Made by a program: the position numbers and the translations under genes. A stretch of DNA of 63,484 bases, filler included, from Squatina squatina (lineage: Eukaryota), in assembly GCA_031763465.1 (NCBI GenBank). It is 4 parts of 4 records of this genome, joined end to end, with 100 filler letters (N's around TTAATTAATTAA, not from the genome) between each part and the next. Parts side by side here need not be neighbours in the genome. Positions count along the whole stretch, not along the records: positions 32,607 to 51,154 come from JARFOE010000001.1; 3 more parts are not named here. One strand, 5' to 3'. Shown one piece after another: positions 35,949 to 47,832 of the stretch; positions within the stretch are counted from its first letter, which is position 1, and every line of letters starts with the position of its first letter. The notes under the pieces were generated by a model that worked only from the letters and a program-made list of their open reading frames with translations, had not been told where the DNA came from and searched no databases.

Positions 35949-37170
35949 CTTAAAAGGGCCAACTTCAAAGAAATGAGGGCCCATCTTAAACTTAACTGAT
36001 TGGCAGGGTGGAGTACCTTTAAAAAAGACTAATCCTGAGCATGCTGAATAAATACATACTTCTGATCAGTGAATGCAGAATAAATAACTGACCAACATAT
36101 GAAAAAGGAATTAAGCAAAATAAGGAGGAAGAACCACCTCTGCAAATAATGCAGATAGAAAGGCGAATAGCCAGACTGGGTGACTATAGAAACGGATAAG
36201 AAACATGTTAAAAAGGACGGTCCGTGGGGCAGACACACAGAAAAAGCGCATAGCTACAGATGCGAAACAAAACAAACATTTTTTTCAGTACTTTAACACT
36301 AAAGAGAGTTAGAAGAGGTGGGAACTCTGCATGATGCAAAAGGAGCTGAACAGAGGAGCAGCATAAAATAGTAGATATGCTGAATGATTATTGCCTTCAA
36401 GTATTCACAAGAAAAGATCTAAGTATCATGCCCTCTCCAGACAAATAAATCCCAAGAAAAATCAATTGGCTTCATTACAAATGAGATTGAACTCCTAGAC
36501 AGGCTAAATGGGCTCAAAACAAATCAACCCCCAGGGATAGATGGTATTTATCCCAAATCTCTGAGAGAGACTAGCAGGGAGATCTGTGTGGCACTGACAA
36601 TCATTATGAGGAAGTCAATGGAGACATGGAGAGGTACCAGTAGATTGCAAACAGGCTAATGTGCTTCCCATATTCGAAAAAGGTGACAAAACAGACACAA
36701 GCAATTATAAACATATCAGTCTCACTTTCAATCCATGTAAAATAATAGAATTGATTATTAGAAGTAAACTTGAGAATAATCTTGCAACAATAGCCTAGTT
36801 AACAGCAGTCAACATGCTTCAGAAGGGGAAAGTCCTGATTGACCAATCTCCTCATCTTCTTTGAGGCAGTGATGACCCAAGTGGACTGTGGAAAGCCCAA
36901 TGACAGGGTGTACCTCAACTTCCAGAAGGCTGTTGACAAAGTTCCACAGAAAAGGATATTAATTAAACTTAAAGCTGTAGAGTTTAAGGGTAAACACTAG
37001 GAATGGATAAGAAACTGGTTGAAGGGTGAGAAATAATGAGCATTCATTAGAAGAGTTATATCAAAGGGTGTCTCAGGGCTCATTGTTGAGAACATCACTA
37101 CTTCTGATTTATATAAATAACCTGGCATAGTGGTCAAATTTGCAGATGATACCAGACTAGGAGATGCCCT
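35949..37170 (+). mobile_element. Decayed CR1 LINE ORF2 (linker and RT)
   Basis: LKRANFKEMRAHLK..DW...KHFFQYFNTK...ANVLPIFEKGDKTDTSNYKHISLT...LTNLLIFFE...VYLNFQKAVDKVPQKRIL...WIRNWL...KFADDTRL, with many stops and frameshifts. Confidence 0.9.
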
Positions 37171-37829
37171 GGAATCATAACAACAGCTTGTATTAATATT
37201 GTGCCCATAAATTAGTAAAACATCCCAAGGTGCTTCACAGGGGTGTGACCAANNNNNNNNNNNNNNNNNNNNNNNNNNNNNNNNNNNNNNNNNNNNNNNN
37301 NNNNNNNNNNNNNNNNNNNNNNNNNNNNNNNNNNNNNNNNNNNNNNNNNNNNTGGGCTGGATTTTGAAGATTTTTATATCAATGTCGTATGCAGCACTGG
37401 TCATTCTCAGATGTGCTTACAAACTCTCGCTTGCTTTTTTATTCCATTTTAGACTCTGGTTTAGATGCATTCTGGAAGTTGTAGTCTGGAGTGACACGTG
37501 CAGTGAAATTGGTGCATTGTGAATTGTAAGTGACTTGCAGGAAATGAACAGTGTAGTTGCTGTATCCTGACCATCAACTTCTTGGTGCAGGTTCTTCATT
37601 CAGATAAGGCACAAAAGCAGCTAGGAATAGGTTCCAGGAGGGAAAGCTGTTATAGGGAAACTTTATGGAAACAAGGAAGCATTTCTACCATGTAATCTCT
37701 GACAAGTTTACTGCTTTTTAATTAGAAAGTATTACTTTTGTTAATGCATTCATTATTTACATAACTATATATTCAGCTGTACCAGAAGTGAAAACCGCAG
37801 CTGAAAGCGGCATAAAAAGAGCAAAGTGA

Positions 37830-39435
37830 TTGGGTTTAAGCTAATCGGCAGGGAGACAGGCACCAGGATGAAATATGAGAGGAAAAACAAGCTGCAGAGA
37901 GGACTGGGAGACACAAATAGCAATAAAGAATAGTTCAGAAATGAGGGAGATTAGACAAGGGGCAAATGGAAGGCAAAGATGGGTTTGGAGTGCATGTGCA
38001 TAAATGCACACAGCATGGTAGGTGAGCTGCAGGCACAAGCCCTCGTATGGGACTATGATATAGTGGCAATAACAGATCTGGCTCAAGGACAGGGAAGATT
38101 AAGAACTTGATATTCCTGGCTACAGGGTATTCAGGAAAGATAGGGAAGGAAAAAAAAATGGAGAGGTGGCAGTATTGATCAAGGAAACTGTAGTAGAACA
38201 GGAAAGGAATGATGTAGTAGAGAAGTAATAGATAGAAATTATTTGGTTAGACTAACTGAATAGAGGAGCTATTATGCTACAGGGTGTGTACTATATAGAC
38301 CAAATAGTGGAAAGGAGAAAGAGGAACAAATTACAGAAAAATGGAAGAACTACAGGTTAGTGATAATAGGGGACTTCAATTATCCTAATATAGACTGGGG
38401 CAGTGTAATGGGAAAAGAGGAATTCCTGAAATGTGAACTTCAGTGTGTATCCAGCACAACAAGGAAGGGAGTAATGGTGTATTTGATTCTGGGGAATTAA
38501 GTTGAGCATTTGGGAGTGATCACAATTTAATTAGCTTTGAGTAGTTATGGAACAGGACAAGGAACAATCAAATGCAAAAATACTCAAATGGAGGAAGGCT
38601 AAACACAAAGTAGAAAGAGAATCTGTATTATGAGCCTGACATTTACCATATGTCTCCTTTACTGGTTTCATTTTAATCACTATGCCTTTAGCCATCCAAG
38701 GAGCTTTAGCTTTTGGGGATGAAATTTAACTAAAAACTGGAAATGCATTTTGTTAGGAAGAATGAAGAGAGGCAATCTAAACAAATGGTACAATTTTAAA
38801 GGGACTGCAGAGACCTGGGGGTGTACACAAATCTTTGAAGATGGCTGGACGAGCTGAAAATGCTGTTGGTGTACAGAGATCTTTGGATTTTTAAAAGGAG
38901 GCATAGAGTACAAAAGCAAGGACATTATGCTAACCTTTTATAAAACATTGGTTCGGCCCCAGCATTCTGGGCATCGCACTTGGGTGCAGAGAAGATTTTT
39001 CTACAATGGTACCAAGGATGCAGGACTTCAGTTATGTTGAGAGACTAGATGTTCTCCTTAGAGCAGAGAAGGTTAAGGGGAGATTTAATAGATGTTCAAA
39101 ATCATGAAGCGTTTTGATAGAGTAAATGAGGAGAAACTGTTTCCAGTGGCAGAAGGGTCGGTAACCAAAGGTCACAGATTTAAAGTAATTGGCAAAAGAA
39201 CTAGAGGAAACATGAGGGGAAAAAATGTTTGCGCAGCAAGTTGATATAATCATGGAATGTACTGCCTGAAAGGGTGGTGGAACCAATAAGTTTCAAAAGG
39301 GAATTAGATAAATACTTGAACAGGAAAAATTTGCAGAGCTATGGGGGAAGGGCAGGGGATAGTGCTTTCAAAAGCTGGCATCGGCACGATGGGCCGAATG
39401 GTCTCCTTCCGTGCTATATCATTCTATGATTCTAT
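37830..39435 (+). mobile_element. Internally deleted CR1 LINE (endonuclease, RT C-terminus and 3' tail)
   Basis: CINAHSM...YDIVAIT...IPGYRVFRKDREG...GVYY.P...IIGDFNYPNIDW, then IEYKSKDIML.LYKTLVRPQ...RRLRGDLID, ending in an ATTCTATGATTCTA tail. Confidence 0.9.
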
Positions 39436-40009
39436 TAACTCCATTTTTTAAACATACTAATGCTAAAATATTATTACTGGCCATTGAATTTAACTCTACA
39501 TATAAGGTTCATACAAAATTCTGGAAAACAGGTTCTCAGAGCTGCTCATGTGATTGCAGCTGGCAATACTAACCTTACAAAGAAGCAAACAGAAAATGCT
39601 TCATATTAGTTTGGAGAGCCAAAATCCCAACAGCCTTTATTGAAACTAATTTTCCAGACTTGGTGGAGTAATAAAGTTACGTACTGATTTGCACTGTAGG
39701 GTGGCTCAAGTAAATACCTTTTTTTTNNNNNNNNNNAGCTTCCATCTTTGATACTAATAAGACACAGGAAAAGATAAACAACTTAAATAGCTTTAGAAGT
39801 ACGGAGAAAGGCTATGGCACTTATGTATCCTGTGCATAATAGTGTACTTAAGGACGTTCATAATTAATGTACATATTTTATTCATTGTTACTTTAATAAC
39901 ATATTTTCCGGCTATGAGGGCAAAGTATTCATCTTTGCTGCTCTGATTAGATATTAGAAAACTATTAGCAGAAAATTATGTATATTGTTTTTTTTTGATA
40001 TATGCTAAT

Positions 40010-40389
40010 GTCCTAGCCTTGGGTGTACAGGGCATAACTTCAAAGTTTGCAGATGACATGAAACTTGGAAATGTAATAAACAATGAGGAGGCTAGTAACA
40101 GACTTGAGGAGGACATAGGCAGGTTGGTGAAACGGGAAGACACATGGTAGGTGAAATTTAAGAAGTGTGAAGTGATAAATTTTGGTAGGAAGATGGAGGA
40201 GAGGCAATAAAAACGAAATGGTATAATTTTAAAGGGGGTACAAGAAGAGAGACCTGGGGTTGTATGTACACAAATCTTTGAAGTGACAGGACAAGTTGGG
40301 AAGGCTGTTAAAAGAGCATATGGGATCCGTGGTTATACTAATGGAGGCATAGAGTGCAAAAGCAAGGAAGTTATGCTGAACCTTTATAA
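40010..40389 (+). mobile_element. CR1 RT C-terminal fragment
   Basis: SKFADDMKLG...KCEVINFGRK...ERDLGV...QVGKAVKRAYG...GIECKSKEVMLNLY. Confidence 0.88.
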
Positions 40390-40489
40390 NNNNNNNNNNN
40401 NNNNNNNNNNNNNNNNNNNNNNNNNNNNNNNNNNNNNNNNNNNNNNNNNNNNNNNNNNNNNNNNNNNNNNNNNNNNNNNNNNNNNNNNN

Positions 40490-40553
40490 ACCCCTAGAGC
40501 CCATTTAGCCCTCAGTTAGCGCTAGCGCTAAGGGACCAATTGGGCACCCCTTA
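40490..40553 (-). mobile_element. Harbinger terminal inverted repeat with TTA target site
   Basis: GCGCTAGCGCTAAGGGACCAATTGGGCACCCC|TTA is the inverted counterpart of TTA|GGGTGCCCAATTGG...GCGCTAGCGCT at 16304-16340. Confidence 0.7.
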
Positions 40554-41629
40554 GGTTTTGGTGATAAACCCATATTCAGCCATATTACTAAAACGGCACC
40601 AGGTTACCGCTCTTAAATATATCAAGGAATACTTTTTAGTGGAAAGAAAAAAAAATGATTATGTACTATTACGCTGCCCAATTGCGCTGGTCATGGAAGA
40701 TTTTACATTTGTGATTATGCAAATCTATTTTAACGGAAACTTGAAGCGTAACCTAATCAACGCAATTTCAAGTGCATTTTGGGCGCCATGTTCTCATTGT
40801 GCCCAAAGCAGAAACTCTACCACAACATTTCAGAAGCTCCTTGTTTAACACATGTATAATAAACACTGATGAATGAGTAAGCACATGCCCTTCTGGGTTA
40901 TGCTGATTTAAGCAAATGTCACCAATTTAGTGGCTAAACAACAAAAGCAACCTCTGGCAAAAAAATGTACCAGATTTTTGTGAATGAACTCATTACAGCT
41001 TGTGAGCCAATACACTGGCACATGGCAGTCACTGGAGTCAAATATGAATGTTCAGAGTAGCTGTACACAGTATAGTGGATGCTGATAATTTTTGACTATT
41101 TTCTTTTTCAATTTTGCTCCCTTTTGAAGGTGCTGACTCATACTGTGGCACAGTCCCATTGGTACAGGCAACCCTATGGGACTTCATTAAAGTGATCGTC
41201 TTCATGTCTGAGCCTAGACAGTGAGTGTTGGGACAATCTTCTGTGATCTTCCTGAGACTGGCTTGGTTTTATATTACACAGTGGATCAGAGAAGCTTTTA
41301 TGTCTACTTTTAGCTTAATTCCATTATCACAAATGTATTTTTTGCAGTCAAATAAATTAGTCCAACCATCAATTGCTGTACTATTGAAACATCTGCCAGT
41401 CAAAAATGCAGATGTGATCTCTGCATTTCTAAACATACATTCTTCAAGTTAATAAACACTAAGCAATTGTAGAGATCAAAAATCAGTTTTGTATTTATAA
41501 ACATTCACTAAACTCATTGTCCATCAATCCAAATGCAATCTCTGTATCTATAAACACACAGACTTCTTGACTGCTTCGATAAATCATGGAGCCAGCTGCT
41601 TCAGATTTTTGTTTCTGCACAATTATTGA

Positions 41630-41780
41630 ATTCATATAACACCTTATCACGTCTCTCAGAAACATTACAAAGCCATTACTGTTGCTGTGTAAGTGAATGT
41701 GGCAGCCATTTTGTGCATACAAATGCCCCATAAACTGCAGTGAGATGAACACCAGCTAATCTGTTTTTCATGGTGTTGGC
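41630..41780 (-). mobile_element. SacSINE1/Deu-SINE 3' fragment
   Basis: GTGGCAGCCATTTTGTGCATACAAATGCCCCATAAAC...GAGATGAACACCAG...GGTGTTGG. Confidence 0.6.
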
Positions 41781-42999
41781 NNNNNNNNNNNNNNNNNNNN
41801 NNNNNNNNNNNNNNNNNNNNNNNNNNNNNNNNNNNNNNNNNNNNNNNNNNNNNNNNNNNNNNNNNNNNNNNNNNNNNNNNATTGGAAGTGTCAAATTGTT
41901 ACATAGCATGCCGTGACAAAGAAATAGATCCTATATCAACATTTTCCAACTTGTGGCTGAATTCTGTTGAATAGCAAAAACCTCTCATTACATTGACTAA
42001 CCGACATGGGGCTGGCTGACCCCTAAAGGACTACACATTACTGCCAAATTCATAAACATTCCTGCCAATTACACATTCTTGTTAACCTTCAGATTTTCAG
42101 CTGAGTGTATCAGATTTTTTAACTAACCCTTAAGAGGTCAAGTTGCTAAGCTAAAATAGCCTTAGACAAAGCCAATATGAAATACTGATGAACGCACCAA
42201 ATGAAAGAAGAAGCATATTGGAAGCAGGTCATAATGTCAATATGGATAACAAAAGCCATATGACCAATCTAAACTAATCCATCCAGAAAGAACCTGCAAT
42301 AATCCTTCATAGTATCCTACTGTTCCTCAAATGATTTCAGGGTTCTTTGCCTCCACTACCCTCCCCAGCAGTCTGCTGATTCGCAATATTTGTTGAGCTC
42401 AACAGAAAACATCTACTTCCATAGGCAACCATGTGCTATGAACAGAACTTGACCTTAAGCAAACATAATTGTAATACACAAGATATACAGTCCATGCTGA
42501 CGCTAATGCTCCACTCGAGACTCCTCCCATGTTTCCTCATCTAANNNNNNNNNNNNNNNNNNNNNNNNNNNNNNNNNNNNNNNNNNNNNNNNNNNNNNNN
42601 NNNNNNNNNNNNNNNNNNNNNNNNNNNNNNNNNNNNNNNNNNNNTGTGCAATCCATTTAGAAACAAGTCATATCTTTGGATCTGCAATAAAGATTTCATG
42701 AAAGATATACAATCTGTTCTATACTTTGGGTACACAATATTATTCAAATAAATATCTGGTAATCAAACACTATAATGTATTATATTTAATCATACACAGC
42801 CTTTGAATGAAGTGGTTTAAGAAACATATCTTCAATTGGATTATGTTTTCTACATTTTATTTGTTTCCCTTTTTTTAATACTAGCCAGCTGAATTGCAAG
42901 TGATGTGAAATTTTGAATACTGTGCAGAAAATATAATCAAATACAGCAAATGCCTCTTTTTTTAGCCCTTTATCCCCTTTTACTTAAGGCAGTGATTCA

Positions 43000-43320
43000 T
43001 GCAGGGATCCACTTCCATGGACAGTGGTGACCCACTTGTACCTCATCCTAGGTGGTATTCTTCACCTGTAAGATGAGATGTCAGTGGGTTATTCAACCAT
43101 AGGCACCATTCCAGCCAAGCCCAATCCTTCTTTGTTGGATGTATGCATACTTAAAGCAGGAGTCATTACATAGTGTTTGGAGTGCAACCTCGGTTGGTTT
43201 TTTTCTTTCTAGCCTAATGGTACTGATGTCCAGTGTATCACGCCCATTGAATTCTGTTGTCATCAGTGGAGGAAGATCAGACCTGGCACTCCTGGTCTAC
43301 ATAGTTAAAAGCTACATGTT
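43000..43320 (-). mobile_element. tRNA-derived SINE, second family (antisense, decayed)
   Basis: GTACCTCATCCTAGGTGG..TTCTTCA...AGCCAAGCCCAATCCT...GCAGGAGTCATT...GATCAGACCTGG. Confidence 0.45.
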
Positions 43321-43969
43321 TTACCCATTAAATTATTGGAGGTGATGCATGTGCTAGAGTTAGTGATATGCAATACGATGCTCTTTGGTGTTTTGCTTTC
43401 TCTTTTCCCTCTCCCCCACATTTTAAAAGCCTGCTGTTTTGATAATTTGGATATTCTAGTTTTAACCAAGTGGTGTGTTTTTTTTTTAAAAATGTGCTTC
43501 AGTAACAGTGAAGCTTTTTTTCTAAAAGGTGAAAAATATTTTAAGCTTCACTAAGCGTGCTATTTAAATGCAAACTCAAATAACTAGTTCAAATAATGTC
43601 TATTTGTTGTTCCCATTTTCTGGAACAGTACCTGTACTTTGGTGCCTTCAACTGAAATTGCAACAAAAAACCTGATGTCCTTGGATTAGTAGTAGAATTT
43701 TACTTTTTAAACTGTCAATATAGTCGATATGCTACAGGCAGTATTGACAGTGAGTTGACAGTTATCTAATTTATCGATTCAATTTTTAATGTGGTTAATT
43801 GTAACAGGTTGCAATACTTTATTTTCTGTATTGCTGAATTAGTTTCATTTTAACTTCTCTGTAAATCCCAAAAGATCTCCATTTTCAGTCTGATTACAGA
43901 CTCGGTGTGAGAAAGGTGGTGCTGAATCGCAGATGTAATCTGCAGTTATTTCCTTGACTTGTTCTATGT

Positions 43970-44520
43970 TGAAGCATACAAAATTCTTACAGGGCTCAAC
44001 AGGGTAGATGCAGGAAGGATGTTTCCCCTGGCTAGGTGAGGTGGGGTGGGGTCGAGAACCAGGGGACACAGTCTCAGAATAAGGACTGAGATGAGAAATT
44101 TCTTCACTCAGAGGGTGGTGAATCTTTGGAATTCTCTACCCCAGAGGGCAGTGGAGGCTCAGTCATTNNNNNNNNNNNNNNNNNNNNNNNNNNNNNNNNN
44201 NNNNNNNNNNNNNNNNNNNNNNNNNNNNNNNNNNNNNNNNNNNNNNNNNNNNNNNNNNNNNNNNNNNAGGAATTTCTTCTCAGCGGGTTGTGAATCTTTG
44301 GAATTCTTTACCCCTTTGGAATTCTTTACCCCAGAGAGTTGTGGAGGCTGAGTCATTGAATATATTCAATGCCGAGATAGACAGATTTTTGATCAAGGGT
44401 TATGGGAAAAAGGCAGGAAAGTGGAGTTGAGGCCAATATCAAATTAGCCATGATCTCATCAAATGGCAGAGCAGGCTTGAGGGGCCGAAGGGCCTACTCC
44501 TATTCCTATTTCTTATGGTC
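43970..44520 (+). mobile_element. CR1 3' end(s) spanning a gap
   Basis: SRTRGHSLRIR...MRNFFTQRVVNLWNSLPQRAVEAQS, then a second copy with the 3' tail. 18-nt tandem duplication CTTTGGAATTCTTTACCC at about 44296-44331. Confidence 0.88.
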
Positions 44521-44867
44521 ACTTAACGTGTTCCACACAGCAGCCCTCACCTCCCTTTAGCTGCCGGGCTTCCTGAGGCCCTAGAAATCCATTCAGCCAA
44601 GGTTAAAGCTGGAATAGAAGGAGGGAAAAAATCTGAGGCATGCAGCATTGCTTAAATAATAGATGAGCAAGCTGCCTCCTGGGAGTGAGTTTGTTGGCCA
44701 TCTGCCATCCCACCTCCATTAAAACCAGAAGTGGGTAGGTTTGGTTCTGGTTTGAGACTTTGTTTTTGGGCAATAAAATTATGTGTGCTATCAGTAAGTG
44801 CTTTTAGTTGCAGTTGGTGCATTTCTGACTGTTAAGACTGAAAGACATTCTCTTATTTTTGTTTCAG

Positions 44868-45025
44868 TTCAGCCTGATCCACCTGCAAATGTAATAGCTG
44901 AGCCTGTTTTTGGATCTCCCAGAAGAATAAAAGTGCAGTGGGATTATCCACTAACATGGAGTCAAAGTTTCAGATTAAAATTTATCTTGGAATACAAACT
45001 CCAGCAAAATCCTTTCTGGTCTCGG
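44868..45025 (+). CDS. IL11RA: Exon of an IL-6-family alpha receptor (FNIII/cytokine-binding domain), most like IL11RA
   Basis: Acceptor TCTCTTATTTTTGTTTCAG|TT and donor CGG|GTGAGT. Reads (V)QPDPPANVIAEPVFGSPRRIKVQWDYPLTWSQSFRLKFILEYKLQQNPFWSR. The PDPP...PRR...W.YP..W...F.LKF.L.Y...P.WS pattern fits IL11RA better than CNTFR or IL6R. Confidence 0.75.
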
Positions 45026-45164
45026 GTGAGTTCACCAGTGGTTTGAGGCCATTACTTGTGGTTTGTGTTGACTTGTCTGGTGCTGCATTTGGAGTTCTGT
45101 TGTAGGTTTTCTTGCTGCAACACTAATTTCTAAAACTCCAGTATTTCTTGTGTCACTCTTTTAG

Positions 45165-45377
45165 GTGTCAGCTGTGGCTCAGTGGGTAACACAAGCCTCT
45201 GAGTCAGAAGGTTGTGGGTTCAAGTCCCACTCCAGAGACATGAGCACATAAATCTAGGTTGACACTCCCAGTGCAGTGCTAAGAGAGTGCTGCCTTGTCG
45301 GAGGAGCCGTTTTTCAGATGAGATGTTAAACAGAGGCCTCGTCTGCTCTCTCAGGTGGATGCAAAAAATCCCATGGC
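45165..45377 (+). mobile_element. SacSINE1/Deu-SINE 5' half (tRNA-derived)
   Basis: A-box TGGCTCAGTGG, B-box GGTTCAAGTCC (45217-45227), Deu core TTTTCAGATGAGATGTTAAACAGAGGCC...CAGGTGGATGCAAAAAATCCCATGGC. Confidence 0.85.
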
Positions 45378-45499
45378 NNNNNNNNNNNNNNNNNNNNNNN
45401 NNNNNNNNNNNNNNNNNNNNNNNNNNNNNNNNNNNNNNNNNNNNNNNNNNNNNNNNNNNNNNNNNNNNNNNNNNNNNCAGTAAACAAGCGATGATGTTA

Positions 45500-45780
45500 T
45501 AGAAAAACAAACTGGAGATGCTGGAAATCTGAAATAAAAACAGAAAATGCTGGAAATACTCAGCAGGTCAGGCAGCACCTGCGGAGAGAGAAACAGAGTT
45601 AATGTTTCTCCAGTCAGAACTGGAGAAGTTAGAAACGTAGCAGTTTTTTAAGCAAGTGCAGGGGCAGGGAAAGGGGGCAGGGGAGGAATGAACAAAAGTG
45701 GGGTGGGGTGGGGTGGGGGTGAGGACTGTGATAGGGTGGAAGGCAGAAGAGATTAAGAGACAAAAGGGATGATGTTATAG
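45500..45780 (-). mobile_element. Penelope-like element terminal region
   Basis: GATGCTGGAAATCTGAAATAAAAACAGAAAATGCTGGAAATACTCAGCAGGTCAGGCAGC...GAAACAGAGTTAATGTTTC, a highly repeated shark element end. Confidence 0.6.
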
Positions 45781-46069
45781 CTCTTGTCACCTTGGTAGTT
45801 GAGTATTAATGGCTAGAATGTAATGCTTTCTTTGCACTTTCCCCCAGATTGGGTTTCTCGCCTTATAATTGAATTTTCCAAAGGTCTGGCAATCAGAGAG
45901 AGCAACTTGTCCACCGGATTGCATATATTATCACTTCTAAACTGTTCCCTCTCTCAATTAAAAAAGGAAGTATTATTAGTAAACTGTTTCCCTTAAGTGA
46001 AGGGTGGCATCCTCTAGTTTGATCTGAACTTTATTTTTTTTTAAAATGTCAGAAAGATAAATATCTGCA

Positions 46070-46280
46070 AATGATGCTAATCTGAAATTAAAAAATAAAG
46101 AGATAACATTTCAAGTAGAGACTCTTCATTAAAACTGGAAAGTGGGGGTGGGAAAGTCCCTTTATAAGACTGATTAAAACAAAATGGGGTCAGAGAACAG
46201 GTACAGATCATTGTCAAATAAAAGACCACCTTTTGTAGCCTGGGAATGGATTGAATTAAAACTGAAGAGCTGAAATACAA
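46070..46280 (-). mobile_element. Older Penelope-like terminal fragment with hammerhead relic
   Basis: GATGCTAATCTGAAATTAAAAAA...AACATTTCAAG...TTCATTAAAACTGGAA parallels 45515-45630. Confidence 0.4.
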
Positions 46281-46889
46281 AGGTCATCTCATTCACATGG
46301 TGCTGAAAGAGATTACTAATCATGAGTGTCAAGTATTACAAAATAAGAGTTAAATATTTTGCATGTTCTGACATCAGAATGTGCAGATTAGGACACTGCT
46401 TTCAGAAAATATGAGATCTTCTATAATCCATGACACTCCTTGATTAAGATTGTTTTATGTGGTTAACAAACATGCACAACATCTAACTAAAGAAAGCTTT
46501 AGTAGTTTGTAAGGTCATTATAAGCCAAAGAGTGTTACAACCTGTAACCCTGTCCTACGCCTGGCTGATATATTTACCTTTTGTTGGTTTGATTATGCCT
46601 ATTAATTCCGGTCAGTCGTATGCAATAGGATCTCAAATCTAGGTGCCGTGTCATCACTAACAGTATTATCTCATATAACATCATTCTCATCAGTCAGTAA
46701 AAAGAATTGTTAAGCCTTTACTAAGTCAAACATGGCATTTGGAGTCAGTTCCTCATCTATTTCCTGGAGTTTCACCATCTTACAAGGCTGCCTCTCGAGC
46801 TCCCAATTATTTTAATAAGGCTTAGTTGCTAACTTAGATCTTAAAAAGTTAACAGAACCTCTGTAGAACATGCACAGTTAGCTACCATC

Positions 46890-47180
46890 TAACAATAGAT
46901 GTATGCCCAAGTGGTCGTTCTTCATATATGGCAGAGGGCCAACATCTAGTCCTGTCCTCACCCAACATCCATTCACGTGTACCTCCAGCTTAAGTAGTGG
47001 AATAAGGCTGACAGGCCTGAGACCTTTAACCACATTTGGCCAACTTAAGTCAAGGGCCTGGAGGACAGCTGAATGGAATCAACCACAGCACTGAATGGAA
47101 TCAGCTAGCTCAGCACAGAGCAGAAATGGAAGTTCTGGCCTGTATGGTTCAGCTACTCATTCGCTTCATCAACTGAGTGA
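46890..47180 (-). mobile_element. tRNA-derived SINE, second family (antisense)
   Basis: CCCAAGTGGTCGTTCTTCATATATG...TCCTGTCCTCACCCAACATCC...ATCAGCTAGCTCAGCACAGAGCAG...CTGTATGGTTCAG. Confidence 0.5.
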
Positions 47181-47520
47181 TTGAAGGAGTCACTTCTCTG
47201 ATAATAACAAGCAAGCTGCTTAAGTATTTTATTATTACTACTCCTTCACTGACAAGTATTATGAAAAAAATCTCAAAAGGATTAAAAGACTGAAAACAAG
47301 TGTCAGAGTAAAAGGAACATTCATGTACAATATAAGACTATAATCTGTCAATGTGTGGTTGTGACTCATTAAATACAGCAAGTAAGCATCATCAGATTTT
47401 AGTGTAATTTTAGATTTAAATCTTAAACACTAATCACTCAGTAAACAATTTCTTGCAAATATCCAGTAAATTACACTTTATGGTATATAGGAAATTTGAG
47501 CCAGGTTTTTGTGTGCTTAC

Positions 47521-47832
47521 CTTGAGAGACATGGATCCAGCTGCAAGAAAGTGATCAACATCAATGACAGAAGACAGAAGCCCAGCTAGAATTACTTCAT
47601 AAAAATCACTCTTCTTTCTCAATCCAATCACAATGGCCCAAGACCATAGTCCAATGGCACCATGGACTGCGTTGTCTGAAAGAGCCCTAAGCCAGTAGTT
47701 GTTCTGTATTAAAGAAAATTGTAAACACTGATCTGATAGGAAGCAGAAAATTCCTAAGCCTATGGTCGAGATGATTGATGCTGTGCTGAATGTTTTAAGT
47801 AGTGCTTGTGCATTTTCTGTCTCTGTTGCCAT
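47521..47832 (-). CDS. TMEM267: Transmembrane protein 267 (C5orf28), first coding exon (whole exon 47521-47911)
   Basis: [104 protein letters not shown]. Donor AAG|GTAAGC after 47521; acceptor TTCCTTTCTTGATTTAG before 47911. Confidence 0.95.

Noticed and set aside
37453-37531. Acceptor/donor pair suggesting an exon
   Set aside because: Stop codons in all three frames.
45165-45240. tRNA gene
   Set aside because: A/B boxes continue directly into the Deu-SINE core; it is a SINE head without a full cloverleaf.
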